NCBI GenBank assembly: GCA_041937175.2
Contig: CP166615.1
Location: forward strand, 928,001 to 992,000
Length of the DNA: 64,000 nucleotides
Source of the DNA: Limnothrix sp. BL-A-16
GTDB taxonomy: Bacteria; Cyanobacteriota; Cyanobacteriia; CACIAM-69d
Direction of reading: 5' to 3'
Part shown: piece by piece, positions 53,717 through 63,637 of the stretch
Layout: every line of letters starts with the position of its first letter
Position numbering within the stretch: the first letter of the stretch is position 1
Notes under the pieces: model-generated
What the model saw: the letters and a program-made list of their open reading frames with translations, nothing else
What the model was told of the DNA's origin: nothing
Databases searched by the model: none
Position numbers and translations under genes: made by a program

Positions 53717-55522
53717 CTAGGCTGAAGCTTCGGCTTCCGGCTTTTTGGGTTTGTAGGTCGAAGCAACCTGCAATTCCTTCAGTTGCTTGGCTTCCACGGA
53801 CGATGGCGCATCGGTCAGCAAGCAGCGGGCCTGCTGGGTCTTGGGGAAGGCGATCGCGTCGCGGATCGAGTCTTCGCCGGTCAGGATCGAAACTAGGCGA
53901 TCGAGACCGTAGGCAATCCCCCCGTGGGGCGGCGTGCCGTATTCAAAGGCATCGAGCAGGAAGCCGAACTTGGCGCGGGCTTCTTCGTCGGTCAGGCCGA
54001 TCGCCGCGAATACTTGCTCCTGCACATCCCGTTGATAGATCCGCAGGCTGCCGCCGCCGATTTCCGTGCCGTTGAGCACGATGTCGTAGGCCAGGGCGCG
54101 GGCGGTTTTCAGATCCGCCAAATCTTCCGGGTTCGGCGCGGTGAAGGGATGGTGCAGGGCTTCCAATCGCTGTTCGTCGGCGTTGTACTCGAACATCGGG
54201 AAATCGACGACCCACAACAGATTGATCGCGTCGGGATCAATTTGGTTCAGCTCTTTGCCCAGGGCCAGGCGCAGGCGATCGAGGGTTTTGTTCACGATCT
54301 CCGCCGGCCCAGCGCCAAACAGCAGCAGGTCACCCGATTGGGCCCCGGTACGCTTCAGCAGTTCGGTGGTGATTTCTGGGGTCAGGCTGTCCTTGAGCGC
54401 TCCGATCGTGTCCACTTCGCCGTTGTCGCGGACGCGGATGAAGGCCAGACCCTTGGCTCCGGCTTCCGAGGCGATTGCGAACAGATCCCCACCGGGCTTG
54501 ATCCGCACGTTGGAAACGGCATCATTACCACCGGGTACGGGCAGGGTTTTGACGATCCCGCCCGCCGCGATCGAGCCGGAAAACACCTTGAACCCGCAAT
54601 CCTTAAACAGATCCGAGCAGTCCGCCAGCTCCATGCCAAAGCGGGTGTCGGGGCGATCGCTGCCGTAGCGATCCATGGCTGCGGCGTAGGTCAGACGCGG
54701 GAAGGGTCGCGGCAGGTCAATGCCCTTGACGGTTTTGAAGATGTGGCAAACCAGTTGCTCGTTCAAATTCAGGATTTCTTCCATGGACATGAAGCTCATT
54801 TCCATGTCGAGCTGGGTGAACTCGGGCTGGCGATCGGCCCGCAAGTCCTCATCGCGGAAGCAGCGGGCGATTTGGTAGTAGCGATCGAACCCGGACACCA
54901 TCAGCAATTGCTTAAACAACTGGGGCGACTGGGGCAGGGCAAACCACTCGCCCGGATTCACCCGCGAAGGAACCAGGTAATCACGCGCCCCTTCCGGTGT
55001 GGATTTGGTGAGGACGGGCGTTTCGATTTCCATGAAGCCCTGGGCATCTTCCAGGAACCGGCGCATGGCCTTCACCACCGCATGGCGTAGTTGCAGGTTT
55101 TGCTGCATCCGGGGGCGACGCAAATCCAAATAGCGATATTTCAGCCGCAGCTCTTCGCGGACGGTTTCGTTTTCGGAGGTGGAAACCTGGAACGGCAGTT
55201 GCTTGCTGACGGCGCTGAGGATTTCGATTTGATCCGCCAACACTTCCACTTCCCCGGTGGCCAGCTTGGGGTTCACGGATTCGGGCGGCCGCTGGGTGAC
55301 CGTGCCCGTAATCCGCACCACATATTCATTGCGGAGGGAATCGGCAATTTGAAACGATTCGGGCAAGTCCGGGTTCGAGGCCACCTGAACGATCCCCGAG
55401 CGATCGCGCAAGTCCACAAACACGACTCCCCCGTGGTCGCGGCGGCGATCGACCCAACCGCAAAGGGTGACGGTTTTACCAACCTGTTCGGCGCGCAGTT
55501 GACCGCAATAGTGGGTACGCAT
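53717..55522 (-). CDS. aspS: Aspartate--tRNA ligase
   Basis: [61 protein letters not shown]. Confidence 0.97.
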   Translation of the reverse strand: MRTHYCGQLRAEQVGKTVTLCGWVDRRRDHGGVVFVDLRDRSGIVQVASNPDLPESFQIADSLRNEYVVRITGTVTQRPPESVNPKLATGEVEVLADQIEILSAVSKQLPFQVSTSENETVREELRLKYRYLDLRRPRMQQNLQLRHAVVKAMRRFLEDAQGFMEIETPVLTKSTPEGARDYLVPSRVNPGEWFALPQSPQLFKQLLMVSGFDRYYQIARCFRDEDLRADRQPEFTQLDMEMSFMSMEEILNLNEQLVCHIFKTVKGIDLPRPFPRLTYAAAMDRYGSDRPDTRFGMELADCSDLFKDCGFKVFSGSIAAGGIVKTLPVPGGNDAVSNVRIKPGGDLFAIASEAGAKGLAFIRVRDNGEVDTIGALKDSLTPEITTELLKRTGAQSGDLLLFGAGPAEIVNKTLDRLRLALGKELNQIDPDAINLLWVVDFPMFEYNADEQRLEALHHPFTAPNPEDLADLKTARALAYDIVLNGTEIGGGSLRIYQRDVQEQVFAAIGLTDEEARAKFGFLLDAFEYGTPPHGGIAYGLDRLVSILTGEDSIRDAIAFPKTQQARCLLTDAPSSVEAKQLKELQVASTYKPKKPEAEASA

Positions 55523-55604
55523 GGTGACTCAAAATGGGACTGGAACTTAACTGGACGAAATCGGAACTGACGCGGTTGCTGCGAAGGGGCTGTTACTTCG
55601 TAGA

Positions 55605-55806
55605 CAAGGGGCTTAAGCCCCTTGCTCCCGACGATTTCGCACGGGCGGATCAGGGTTACAGATGATCGATTGCCCCTTGCTCCCGACGATTTCGCACGGG
55701 CGGATCAGGGTTACAGATGATCGATTGCCCCTTGCTCCCGACGATTTCGCGTGGGCGGATCAGGGTTACAGATGATCGATCGCCCCTTGCTCCCCACGAT
55801 TTCGCG
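55605..55806. repeat. REP-like palindrome followed by a 55-bp tandem repeat (~3.4 copies)
   Basis: Unit GCCCCTTGCTCCCGACGATTTCGCACGGGCGGATCAGGGTTACAGATGATCGATT starting at 55617, 55672, 55727, partial at 55782. Confidence 0.92.
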
Positions 55807-56085
55807 TTGGCCAATCGAGGTTTCAGGCAATTAACGGCCCCTTGCCCCAAGCCTCTCGTAACGGTTGCGTCAGTCCGCAAAAATCTTGACGAAACGCAAA
55901 TGCGCTGGGGTGCAAGTCCAATATCCTACCCCGATCGCGCGGCTTGGCCCGCTGAGAAATGCCGCGATTTTCCGACAACCGGCAAGGCCAGAACCGAGCC
56001 TGAGCGCCCAGCTCGATTGTAAAGGATTGTTGCGATCGCCCCGTTCCACTGGCGGGCATTCACGTTTAGCTTGCGATTCAGCCAG

Positions 56086-57597
56086 TTAAGCCAGTCGATC
56101 GAGCAGGTGATCGCCCACACGCAGCGCATTCGCAATAATCGTCAGGGCGGGGCTAACACTGGCATTGGAGGGGAAAAAGCTGCCATCCACCACATACAAA
56201 TTATCCACATCGTGGGCGCGGCAGTGGCGATCGAGCACCGAAGTCGCTGGATCGTCCCCGAACCGACAAGTCCCGCATTGATTGGCCATCACCTGCACCG
56301 GAATTTCACCTCGGGGATGCATCGTTCCCACCGGAAAACCATCAAGTTGTCTTTCTAGGGATTTCAACACATTCATCCAGCGGTGAGCGAGGCGATCGTG
56401 CGCTTCGGTATTGTTGGGTTGATAGTCAATACAAAGCTTGTGTTGATCCCAGTAGACTCGGTTATCGGGATTGGGTAAATCTTCCGTTTGAATCCACCAG
56501 CCGATCGAGCGAGTTGCCAGTTGTTGCAACCCAAATCCCGGCATGAATTTCGCCAGCACCGAAAACATCGGCGGCGCTTCCGCAAAAATCACATCGGTTA
56601 GCAAACCACCCGTATTGTAAATATGCCCCATGGGGTAGGGAAAATCCGCATCACCCCAATAGAAATCATTCACACAAACGGTTTTTTGAAATGCACCTGA
56701 ATTAGCTTTGCTGCTGACCTGCACGATCGCGGTCATCAGGTTTTTCATGAGGTTGCGGCCGACCAAACTGGAGCTATTGGCTAGTCCTTGCGGGTGACAA
56801 TCATTAGCCGATCGCAACAACAAAGCCGCCGAATTCACTGCCCCGCAGGCCAGCACTACCAAATCTCCCAAAAAGAGGTAGGGTTTGCCGTTAATCTCGG
56901 CTTCGACGGCGCGAACCACTCGCCCCGAAGAATTGGTATGCAACCCCACCACTTTTGCCTTGGTTTTGAGGGTGACATTGGGGTATTCCACCGCTGGCAA
57001 AACACCGCTCACTTCGGAATCATTGGTGGGGTCATCCTCCTGGCGAGTTAACCCCAAGGGCAAGGCGGAGGGGTGCAATCCTTGCTGGGCGATCGCCTCG
57101 GAAATAGCGGCAATTTGCGGATCCGATTCGATCGCTGGAAAAGGATAGTCGCCACTCCGAAATGGCTCGGTTGGGTCTTGGTCAGCCTGACCATGTACTT
57201 TATAAAGCGCTTCGGCAGCAGTGTAATAAGGCTCGAATTCTTCATAGCCCACAGACCAAGCCGGTGAAACTCCCTCACGATGGGTGACGGCCGCAAAATC
57301 CTGTTCTCGCCGCCGCATCAGCACGGCTCCATAGATTTTGGTGTTGCCCCCGATCGCGTAGTTCATTTGGGGTGAAAAGGGTTCGCCCGTGTTGTCGTAC
57401 CATTGCTCCGGCGCGTGATATCGCTCACGTTTAAAAACATCCACATTGCTGCGGTTTTGTTCTTCGAGGGGCATAAAATCCCCCCGTTCCAAGATCAAAA
57501 TACGCTTACCAGTGGGGGCTAATTTATAAGCCAGCGTCCCGCCGCCTGCACCAGTACCAATAATAATCACGTCGTAATGGCAATCATCAATAATCAT
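56086..57597 (-). CDS. GMC-family FAD oxidoreductase
   Basis: DVIIIGTGAGG, ILILERG, GGNTKIYGA, GTCRFG, NLYVVDGSFFP..ASVSP.LTI.ANALRV. ATG 57597 inferred. Confidence 0.92.
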   Translation of the reverse strand: MIIDDCHYDVIIIGTGAGGGTLAYKLAPTGKRILILERGDFMPLEEQNRSNVDVFKRERYHAPEQWYDNTGEPFSPQMNYAIGGNTKIYGAVLMRRREQDFAAVTHREGVSPAWSVGYEEFEPYYTAAEALYKVHGQADQDPTEPFRSGDYPFPAIESDPQIAAISEAIAQQGLHPSALPLGLTRQEDDPTNDSEVSGVLPAVEYPNVTLKTKAKVVGLHTNSSGRVVRAVEAEINGKPYLFLGDLVVLACGAVNSAALLLRSANDCHPQGLANSSSLVGRNLMKNLMTAIVQVSSKANSGAFQKTVCVNDFYWGDADFPYPMGHIYNTGGLLTDVIFAEAPPMFSVLAKFMPGFGLQQLATRSIGWWIQTEDLPNPDNRVYWDQHKLCIDYQPNNTEAHDRLAHRWMNVLKSLERQLDGFPVGTMHPRGEIPVQVMANQCGTCRFGDDPATSVLDRHCRAHDVDNLYVVDGSFFPSNASVSPALTIIANALRVGDHLLDRLA

Positions 57598-57729
57598 ACT
57601 TAGATCGTCCTGACTACTCAACGATTGAAACTATTGCTTGCTGATTCACTGACATTGCGAGGGGCTTGGTAGGCGAGAGATCGCCTTATTCCAAATCGCC
57701 TATCACCCTCATCCTGATCGGTGTTTTGG

Positions 57730-58365
57730 TTACTGCCAGATGTAAATCAACAGGAACAAAATAATCCAAATCACATCCACAAAGTGCCAAAACAACGAGG
57801 TCGAAGCCACACCAAATTCGCCGCGATCGTAGTTACCCGGAATGAACGATCGCACCAGCATAATCAGTTGCAGCAGCACACCGGCAAAAACGTGCAGACC
57901 ATGAAACCCCGTGAGCAAATAAAACGTGCCACCAAATACGCCATCGGTGAACCCAAAAGCTAAGTGGCTCCACTCGATCGCCTGGCCATACAAGAAATAG
58001 CTACCCATGGCGATCGTCAGCAGCCAGAATGCCCGAAAGCCCCAAAGCTGCTTGACATGTAAATAGCGCTCAGCCAGATAAATCGTGAGGCTGCTGGACA
58101 CCAAAATGACCGTATTGATGGCCGGCTCCCGCACCTCCAATCCCAAAACACCTTCCGGCAACCAAGTTTGGGCCGTGGTTTTGTAGACAATGTAGCCCGC
58201 AAAGAAGCTGAAGAAAATGACACTTTCGGACAGCAAAAAAACCACGAAACCAAACATTTGATCGCCAGGGGATCCATGCCCATGGGCCGCATGGTGTGCG
58301 TCGTCATGGGCTTCGGCAATCCCCAGCAATGCATCATCTCGCAAGTCCGTTTCAGTTGGGTTCAT
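57730..58365 (-). CDS. ctaE: Heme-copper oxidase subunit III (alternative oxidase type)
   Basis: FLLSE, INTVILVSSS, FYLLTGFHGLHV, FWHFVDVIW. Confidence 0.92.
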   Translation of the reverse strand: MNPTETDLRDDALLGIAEAHDDAHHAAHGHGSPGDQMFGFVVFLLSESVIFFSFFAGYIVYKTTAQTWLPEGVLGLEVREPAINTVILVSSSLTIYLAERYLHVKQLWGFRAFWLLTIAMGSYFLYGQAIEWSHLAFGFTDGVFGGTFYLLTGFHGLHVFAGVLLQLIMLVRSFIPGNYDRGEFGVASTSLFWHFVDVIWIILFLLIYIWQ

Positions 58366-60034
58366 GGGCCACCTCTAGTTCGTCGGGATTAGACACCAAG
58401 GGATCAGATTTGCCATAGCCATAAGGCTCAGAAACCACGATCGGGAGTTCCTCAAAGTTCTCAACCGTTGGCGGGGAAGATAACAACCATTCCAGCCCGA
58501 TCGCCCGCCAAGGGTTTTTGGGCGCTTTTTCACCCTGTACCCAAGAACCAATCATGTTCAAAATGAAAGGCAGGGTAGACATGCCCAACAGAAAGGCTCC
58601 CAGGCTCGCGACCACGTTCCAGAAGGTAAATTCAGGATCATAAGATGCGACTCGGCGCGGCATTCCTTGCAACCCCAAAGGATGCATCGGGAAAAAGTTC
58701 AAATTAGTGCCAATAAAGGTGAGGGCAAAGTGCAATTTCCCTAGCCCTTCGGAATACATGCGCCCGGTCATTTTGGGGAACCAGTGATAGATCGCTGCAT
58801 AAATTCCCATCACCACCGCGCCGTAAATCACATAGTGAAAATGTCCCACCACGAAATAGGTGTTGTTCACATGGATATCAACCGGAACTGCCGCCAACAT
58901 AATTCCGGTGATCCCTGAAAACACAAACATCACCAGTCCACCCAGGGCAAACAGCATGGCTGTGTTGAGGCGCAACTTGCCGCCCCAAATGGTGGCAACC
59001 CAGGCAAAAACTTTAATTCCCGTGGGCACTGAGATCAGCATGGTTGTGGCCATAAAAATCATCCGCATCCAGCCCGGTGTGCCACTGGCAAACATGTGAT
59101 GCACCCAAACGATGGCACTCAAACCGGTAATGATTAGGGATGAAATGGCAACTACTTTGTAGCCAAAAAGTGGCTTACGGGCATAGACCGGCAAGATTTC
59201 TGAAAAGATGCCAAAAATCGGCAAGATAATGACATAAACAGCCGGGTGAGAATAGAACCAGAAAAAGTGCTGAAACAGCACCGGATCGCCACCTTTGGCT
59301 GGGTCAAAAAACGTCGTACCCACGGTCAGATCCAGCAACAGCATCACCGCGCCAGCCGTCAAAGCAGGCAGACCAAACAGTTGAATAATCTGGGCCGCCA
59401 ACACTGTCCACACAAAAACCGGCATCCGAAACCAAGTCATTCCAGGAGCACGCATTCGGGCGATCGTGGTGACAAAATTCACCGCACCCATAATCGATGC
59501 AACGCCAGAAATCGCCACTGCCAACAGCCACAACACCTGACCATTGATCAGGTTGCCCGTGGGGTTTTGGAGGCTCACGGGTGGATAGGCCCACCAACCG
59601 GCTTGAGCCGGGCCGCCCGGCACCAAAAAACTCGCCATCAGAATTGCGCCAAAGATTGGCACCATCCAAAAGGCGACTGCATTCAGCCGAGGAAATGCCA
59701 TATCCCTTGCGCCAATCATCAGGGGCACGAGATAGTTTCCTAGGCCCAACAAACAGGGAAAAGTCCACAAAAACAACATCACCGTGCCATGCATGGTGAA
59801 CATGGCGTTATATACGGTGCGATCGACCAAATCTGCTTCCGGGGTGATCAATTCGCCCCGAATAATCATGGCAAAAATGCCCCCCACCAAAAAGAAAAAG
59901 AAAGACGTTACTAGGTACTGAATCCCAATGACTTTGTGATCGGTGCTGAAGCTAAAAAAGCGCTTCCAGTCATTGGGTGCGCCGGGCATGGGTGGCTGAG
60001 AAGCGGCGATCGATTCGGTAACAAGATTGGTCAT
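58352..60034 (-). CDS. ctaD: Heme-copper oxidase subunit I (alternative oxidase type)
   Basis: STDHKVIG, TMHG, GGDPVLFQHFFWFYSHPAVY, WVHHM, HFHY, GMPRR. Confidence 0.95.
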   Translation of the reverse strand: MTNLVTESIAASQPPMPGAPNDWKRFFSFSTDHKVIGIQYLVTSFFFFLVGGIFAMIIRGELITPEADLVDRTVYNAMFTMHGTVMLFLWTFPCLLGLGNYLVPLMIGARDMAFPRLNAVAFWMVPIFGAILMASFLVPGGPAQAGWWAYPPVSLQNPTGNLINGQVLWLLAVAISGVASIMGAVNFVTTIARMRAPGMTWFRMPVFVWTVLAAQIIQLFGLPALTAGAVMLLLDLTVGTTFFDPAKGGDPVLFQHFFWFYSHPAVYVIILPIFGIFSEILPVYARKPLFGYKVVAISSLIITGLSAIVWVHHMFASGTPGWMRMIFMATTMLISVPTGIKVFAWVATIWGGKLRLNTAMLFALGGLVMFVFSGITGIMLAAVPVDIHVNNTYFVVGHFHYVIYGAVVMGIYAAIYHWFPKMTGRMYSEGLGKLHFALTFIGTNLNFFPMHPLGLQGMPRRVASYDPEFTFWNVVASLGAFLLGMSTLPFILNMIGSWVQGEKAPKNPWRAIGLEWLLSSPPTVENFEELPIVVSEPYGYGKSDPLVSNPDELEVAHEPN

Positions 60035-60148
60035 AAATCGGTTGGAGGAGATTGTTCTGGAATGCTGAGATCAGCGCCGAAAGTTCAGCAATTGTTTTCG
60101 ACTAAGACTGAACCAAACTAGACTGGGTTGATCGAAAACAGCTAATTG

Positions 60149-61102
60149 CTAACTGGTTCCTTTGCCGGGATAGTTCACCAAAGGTGGCGGCGCTGGTTGA
60201 ACTGTTTGCCAGCCAATCCGTCCGCCGGGGGAACGCTGGAATTCATCAAAGGCTTGGTTATAGGCGGCGGTGGGCTTCTGGTTCGCCGCATCCGTCAGCC
60301 ATTGCTGATAGGAATCGGATGATTCAACCACCACATCGGCTTGCATGGCCGCGAAGTAAGTGCCGCTGTACTGGGAGTCACGCAGGCGATATCGGCCTTC
60401 GCGAATGGGCGTAAATTTCAGGGTAATCGCACGCCCTGGAATGATATCTTGTTTCACGCGAAAGGCTGGAATATAAAACCCATGGATGACATCTTCAGAA
60501 GTTAGTTGAAGACTGATCCGTTGATCGGCTGGCAGATGTAATTCAGCCGTGGTGACTTGTCGATCAGGGTAATAGAATTCCCAAGCCCATTGTCGAGACT
60601 TCACGGCAATCACGACCTCTGGTTTTACGATCGCATTGCTATCTTTTGATTCAGCAACAGTCGGGGCGATCGCTGGAGCCTCTGATGCCATATTATGTGC
60701 CATTGAATTATGTGCCATCGATTCATGCACATGCTCCATTGGCCCCAGGATAGAAATGCGATCGTAAATGTGGTAGCTGTAGGCGGCAATTCCAACGACG
60801 AGGATGAAAGGAATCGCTGTCCAAACCACTTCTAAGGTGACGTTTCCTTCAATGTGTGGGCCGTCGCTGGTGTCGTATTTACCGGCTTGTTGAAACAGCA
60901 CCACATATCCGATCGTCCCGACTACCCCTAGGAAAATAAACGTCCCGATCGCCACTAAAAAGCTAAAGAGCCGATCGATCAGTTGGGATTCTGCTGAGGC
61001 TTGGGGAGGAAACCAGGTATAGGACTGCTCCCCCATCCACCAACTGATGAGGGCCAGTGCGATCGCTAGGGTTCCTAAGGTGAAAATGGTGCGAATCTTC
61101 AT
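60149..61102 (-). CDS. ctaC: Heme-copper oxidase subunit II lacking CuA cysteines (ARTO type)
   Basis: LEVVWTAIP, QWAWEFYY, SEDVIHGF.IP; the CxxxCxxxH site reads DSQYSGTYF. Confidence 0.92.
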   Translation of the reverse strand: MKIRTIFTLGTLAIALALISWWMGEQSYTWFPPQASAESQLIDRLFSFLVAIGTFIFLGVVGTIGYVVLFQQAGKYDTSDGPHIEGNVTLEVVWTAIPFILVVGIAAYSYHIYDRISILGPMEHVHESMAHNSMAHNMASEAPAIAPTVAESKDSNAIVKPEVVIAVKSRQWAWEFYYPDRQVTTAELHLPADQRISLQLTSEDVIHGFYIPAFRVKQDIIPGRAITLKFTPIREGRYRLRDSQYSGTYFAAMQADVVVESSDSYQQWLTDAANQKPTAAYNQAFDEFQRSPGGRIGWQTVQPAPPPLVNYPGKGTS

Positions 61103-61716
61103 GGATTGAAGGATTTCAAAACGAGGTTGGGATTTTCACCCAAATCCAATAGGCGATCGGCGGTGATATGCACACCAAATTCAGCGGCCAACTGTGCTCC
61201 CAAGGTTCCATGGACAAACATCAAACCAAAGATGATCAGCCCCACAAAAAGATAGCTCCATTGCACTTGGCGCGATCGGTCTTTCAGCCAAACAAATCGC
61301 TGAAATCCTCGCCAAACGGTCATGCCTACAATTAATAACAACAGGGCAACACCACCCACACCATGCCACAACATGGTTTCCATGGCCTGCAAGCCCCAGG
61401 CACTTTTCACATCTGCCGGTGGCCGAGCCAATAACATTTCATAAAAGCCCGCAGCCACCGTCAAAAAGGTGACGATCGCCCCGGCCAACATGTTGTACCA
61501 ACCCACATCGAAGAAATTGGAGCGCGTGGCAGGAATGGCCAAAAACTTAAAAACCGGCTTTTCTAGGGGAAACAAAACGCCAACAATATCAAAGGCGATC
61601 GCGACAATAAACAGGCCCAACGTCAAATGCACCAAGTTGGGATGAATCGGAATGGTATAGGGTAATCCATTGATCCCCAACTGGTTTTGTAATTGCTCAA
61701 TCAAATCATTGTTCAT
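61099..61716 (-). CDS. DUF2231-like membrane protein
   Basis: IHPNLVHL, WHG and HG.LGA His motifs in four TM helices; stop overlaps the ctaC start. Confidence 0.85.
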   Translation of the reverse strand: MNNDLIEQLQNQLGINGLPYTIPIHPNLVHLTLGLFIVAIAFDIVGVLFPLEKPVFKFLAIPATRSNFFDVGWYNMLAGAIVTFLTVAAGFYEMLLARPPADVKSAWGLQAMETMLWHGVGGVALLLLIVGMTVWRGFQRFVWLKDRSRQVQWSYLFVGLIIFGLMFVHGTLGAQLAAEFGVHITADRLLDLGENPNLVLKSFNP

Positions 61717-62213
61717 TACAACAGTCCCTCCCGCACTGCCTCAACCACGGGCACCGTATGGAGTCCATAGACCCACACTAAAACATCACCGAGATAAATC
61801 TGGAAACACACGATTACGGTCATCAAAACTCCCACCCCTAAAAAGGCGTTGGGCAATGTTTTTGGATCGCGCGATCGCAACACATAGCGCCAAGCTGTCA
61901 TTGCTGCGATAATTCCCGACAAAGACCAACCCAGAAGCGTGTGCAGATTCAAAGTGGCTTCGGCGGCGTTGTAGGGTTCAGCCAATCCTGCTTCGATTTG
62001 ACCAAAAATAATGGCAACGAAGATAGAAATGGTTGCAAAAAACAAATTCCACCAGCTCACTTCATAGAGTCGTGAATTGCGAGTGAAGTAGGCAATGCCA
62101 TCGCATAAAACCGAAAACAACACCATCGCAATGACAAAATGCACCACAATTGGGTGCATCGTGTCTGGATAAGGCAAATTATGATCGTTGAGCGGGGGGA
62201 GATACTCCAGCAT
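61716..62213 (-). CDS. DUF2231-like membrane protein
   Basis: MHPIVVHF, LHTLLG, LG..LVWVYGLH; paralog of the next gene with overlapping stop/start. Confidence 0.85.
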   Translation of the reverse strand: MLEYLPPLNDHNLPYPDTMHPIVVHFVIAMVLFSVLCDGIAYFTRNSRLYEVSWWNLFFATISIFVAIIFGQIEAGLAEPYNAAEATLNLHTLLGWSLSGIIAAMTAWRYVLRSRDPKTLPNAFLGVGVLMTVIVCFQIYLGDVLVWVYGLHTVPVVEAVREGLL

Positions 62214-62941
62214 ATTGGTCAAAAGTCTGTCGATTGATTGAATATACCTATCTATCGGTCAATAATTATCATAAATTTTGCGAATTGTCCGTCATTTAAT
62301 GATGGTCGCCAATGACAGTTATATTTCATGAATGGGCAACCGTTTACGAGCCACTTTTTCAAAGCCCTATTGCTTGACAAATTTCATTGCTTGACAAAAC
62401 ACAATCCATCAGTCTGACAGCCAGTGATTATGAGTTCATCAAAAACTAGCCGCCAAACGTGGACAAAAAAATTCAACGTGGAAAGATATTTTGTAAGCTA
62501 GGCTACTGTCTAATTGAAATGGATGTTTGCTATCTCGCCTACTAGTTTAGTGGAGACATAGGAAATGTCAGTAAGTTGTACCGGTTTTTTTAAGATTTTT
62601 ATCAAGATTATTACCAATTATTTCAGATTTTTTGGAAAACCTTTTGAAAGTCAAAATGCAGTCCGCTCACTTTTTATAAATCTTTTTTCTATCAATCTGT
62701 GCAATCAAGTCTCAATATCAGAGTCATTGAACAGTGATTCAATAGTGTCATCATACTGGAGATCAAGGTTTTTGTATGTTGAACAACATTTTGATCAATT
62801 TAAAATTAATTATTTAGTTCAAGTTGGAACTGATTTTTAAGTCTTCTTAACTTAAATTTTGCTTGGCCCAAGATGCTGGCTTAATCATTCACTAGTCTCT
62901 CAAAGCTTCCAATTTTGAAACTAACTGCCAGAAGGAGGATC

Positions 62942-63541
62942 TTAAAATTCTTGATCTTCGATTGGTTTCGGGGGAATCTGGTCAAAAATCACATCTTCAT
63001 AAAGGCGATCGAACCCGGCTCGGTAATTTACGGTTTCCAAGACCAATTCCGCATCGATGCCTTCATCACTTTCCAATACCCATTGGCCCGCTGCGGAGCG
63101 CCGAAAAATATCCACTTGGGGCTGTTGAGTAGAAATTAAAACGTATTCTCGCAAGCTGTCGAGGTGACGATAGGCGGCGAACTTGCGCCCCCGATCGAAC
63201 GCTTCCGTGGAATCCGATAACACTTCCACAATCAAACAGGGTGCGGATTTATAAAGTTGGCGCTCTCGATCGCCCGGGTCGCAAGTCACCATCACATCGG
63301 GATAAAAAAACTTCGCGCCCTGATTAATTTGCACCTTCATATCCGACATAAAGACACGGCAACCAGTTCCTCTCAGGTGCGATCGCAGTTCGCTTGCCAA
63401 ATTTAGCGCGATCGTCGTGTGCGCATCTGTGCCACCGGCCATGGCATAGGCTTGCCCATCGAGGTATTCATGCCGAATATCGCTTTGGGCTTCAAGAGCC
63501 AAATACTCTTCGGGGCTAAGGAATTGGGGAGCAGCAATCAT
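62942..63541 (-). CDS. Uma2-family endonuclease
   Basis: RHEYLDG...MAGG...H, YPDVMVTCD, IVEVLSDSTEAFDRGRKF..Y, EYVLI. Confidence 0.93.
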   Translation of the reverse strand: MIAAPQFLSPEEYLALEAQSDIRHEYLDGQAYAMAGGTDAHTTIALNLASELRSHLRGTGCRVFMSDMKVQINQGAKFFYPDVMVTCDPGDRERQLYKSAPCLIVEVLSDSTEAFDRGRKFAAYRHLDSLREYVLISTQQPQVDIFRRSAAGQWVLESDEGIDAELVLETVNYRAGFDRLYEDVIFDQIPPKPIEDQEF

Positions 63542-63637
63542 AATGGCGGGGCGATCGCGCAGTTTTTCCCAGCATATCGCAACTATCTGGGGAAGGTAAT
63601 TAAGATCAGTTGATGAACCACCATGGACAATTTTTAA

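Noticed and set aside
55617..55806. Possible CRISPR array
   Set aside because: Units are near-identical end to end with no unique spacers, and there are no cas genes.
55895..56010. Cobalamin-riboswitch-like fragment (GGTGCAAGTCC...GCCAGAA)
   Set aside because: Other core elements not found, and no + strand gene lies downstream.
62565..62840. 91-aa AT-rich ORF
   Set aside because: Composition resembles promoter DNA; no motif.
62942..63541. Uma2 nuclease as a defence system
   Set aside because: Uma2 genes are abundant standalone paralogs in cyanobacteria; no partner evident within the window.
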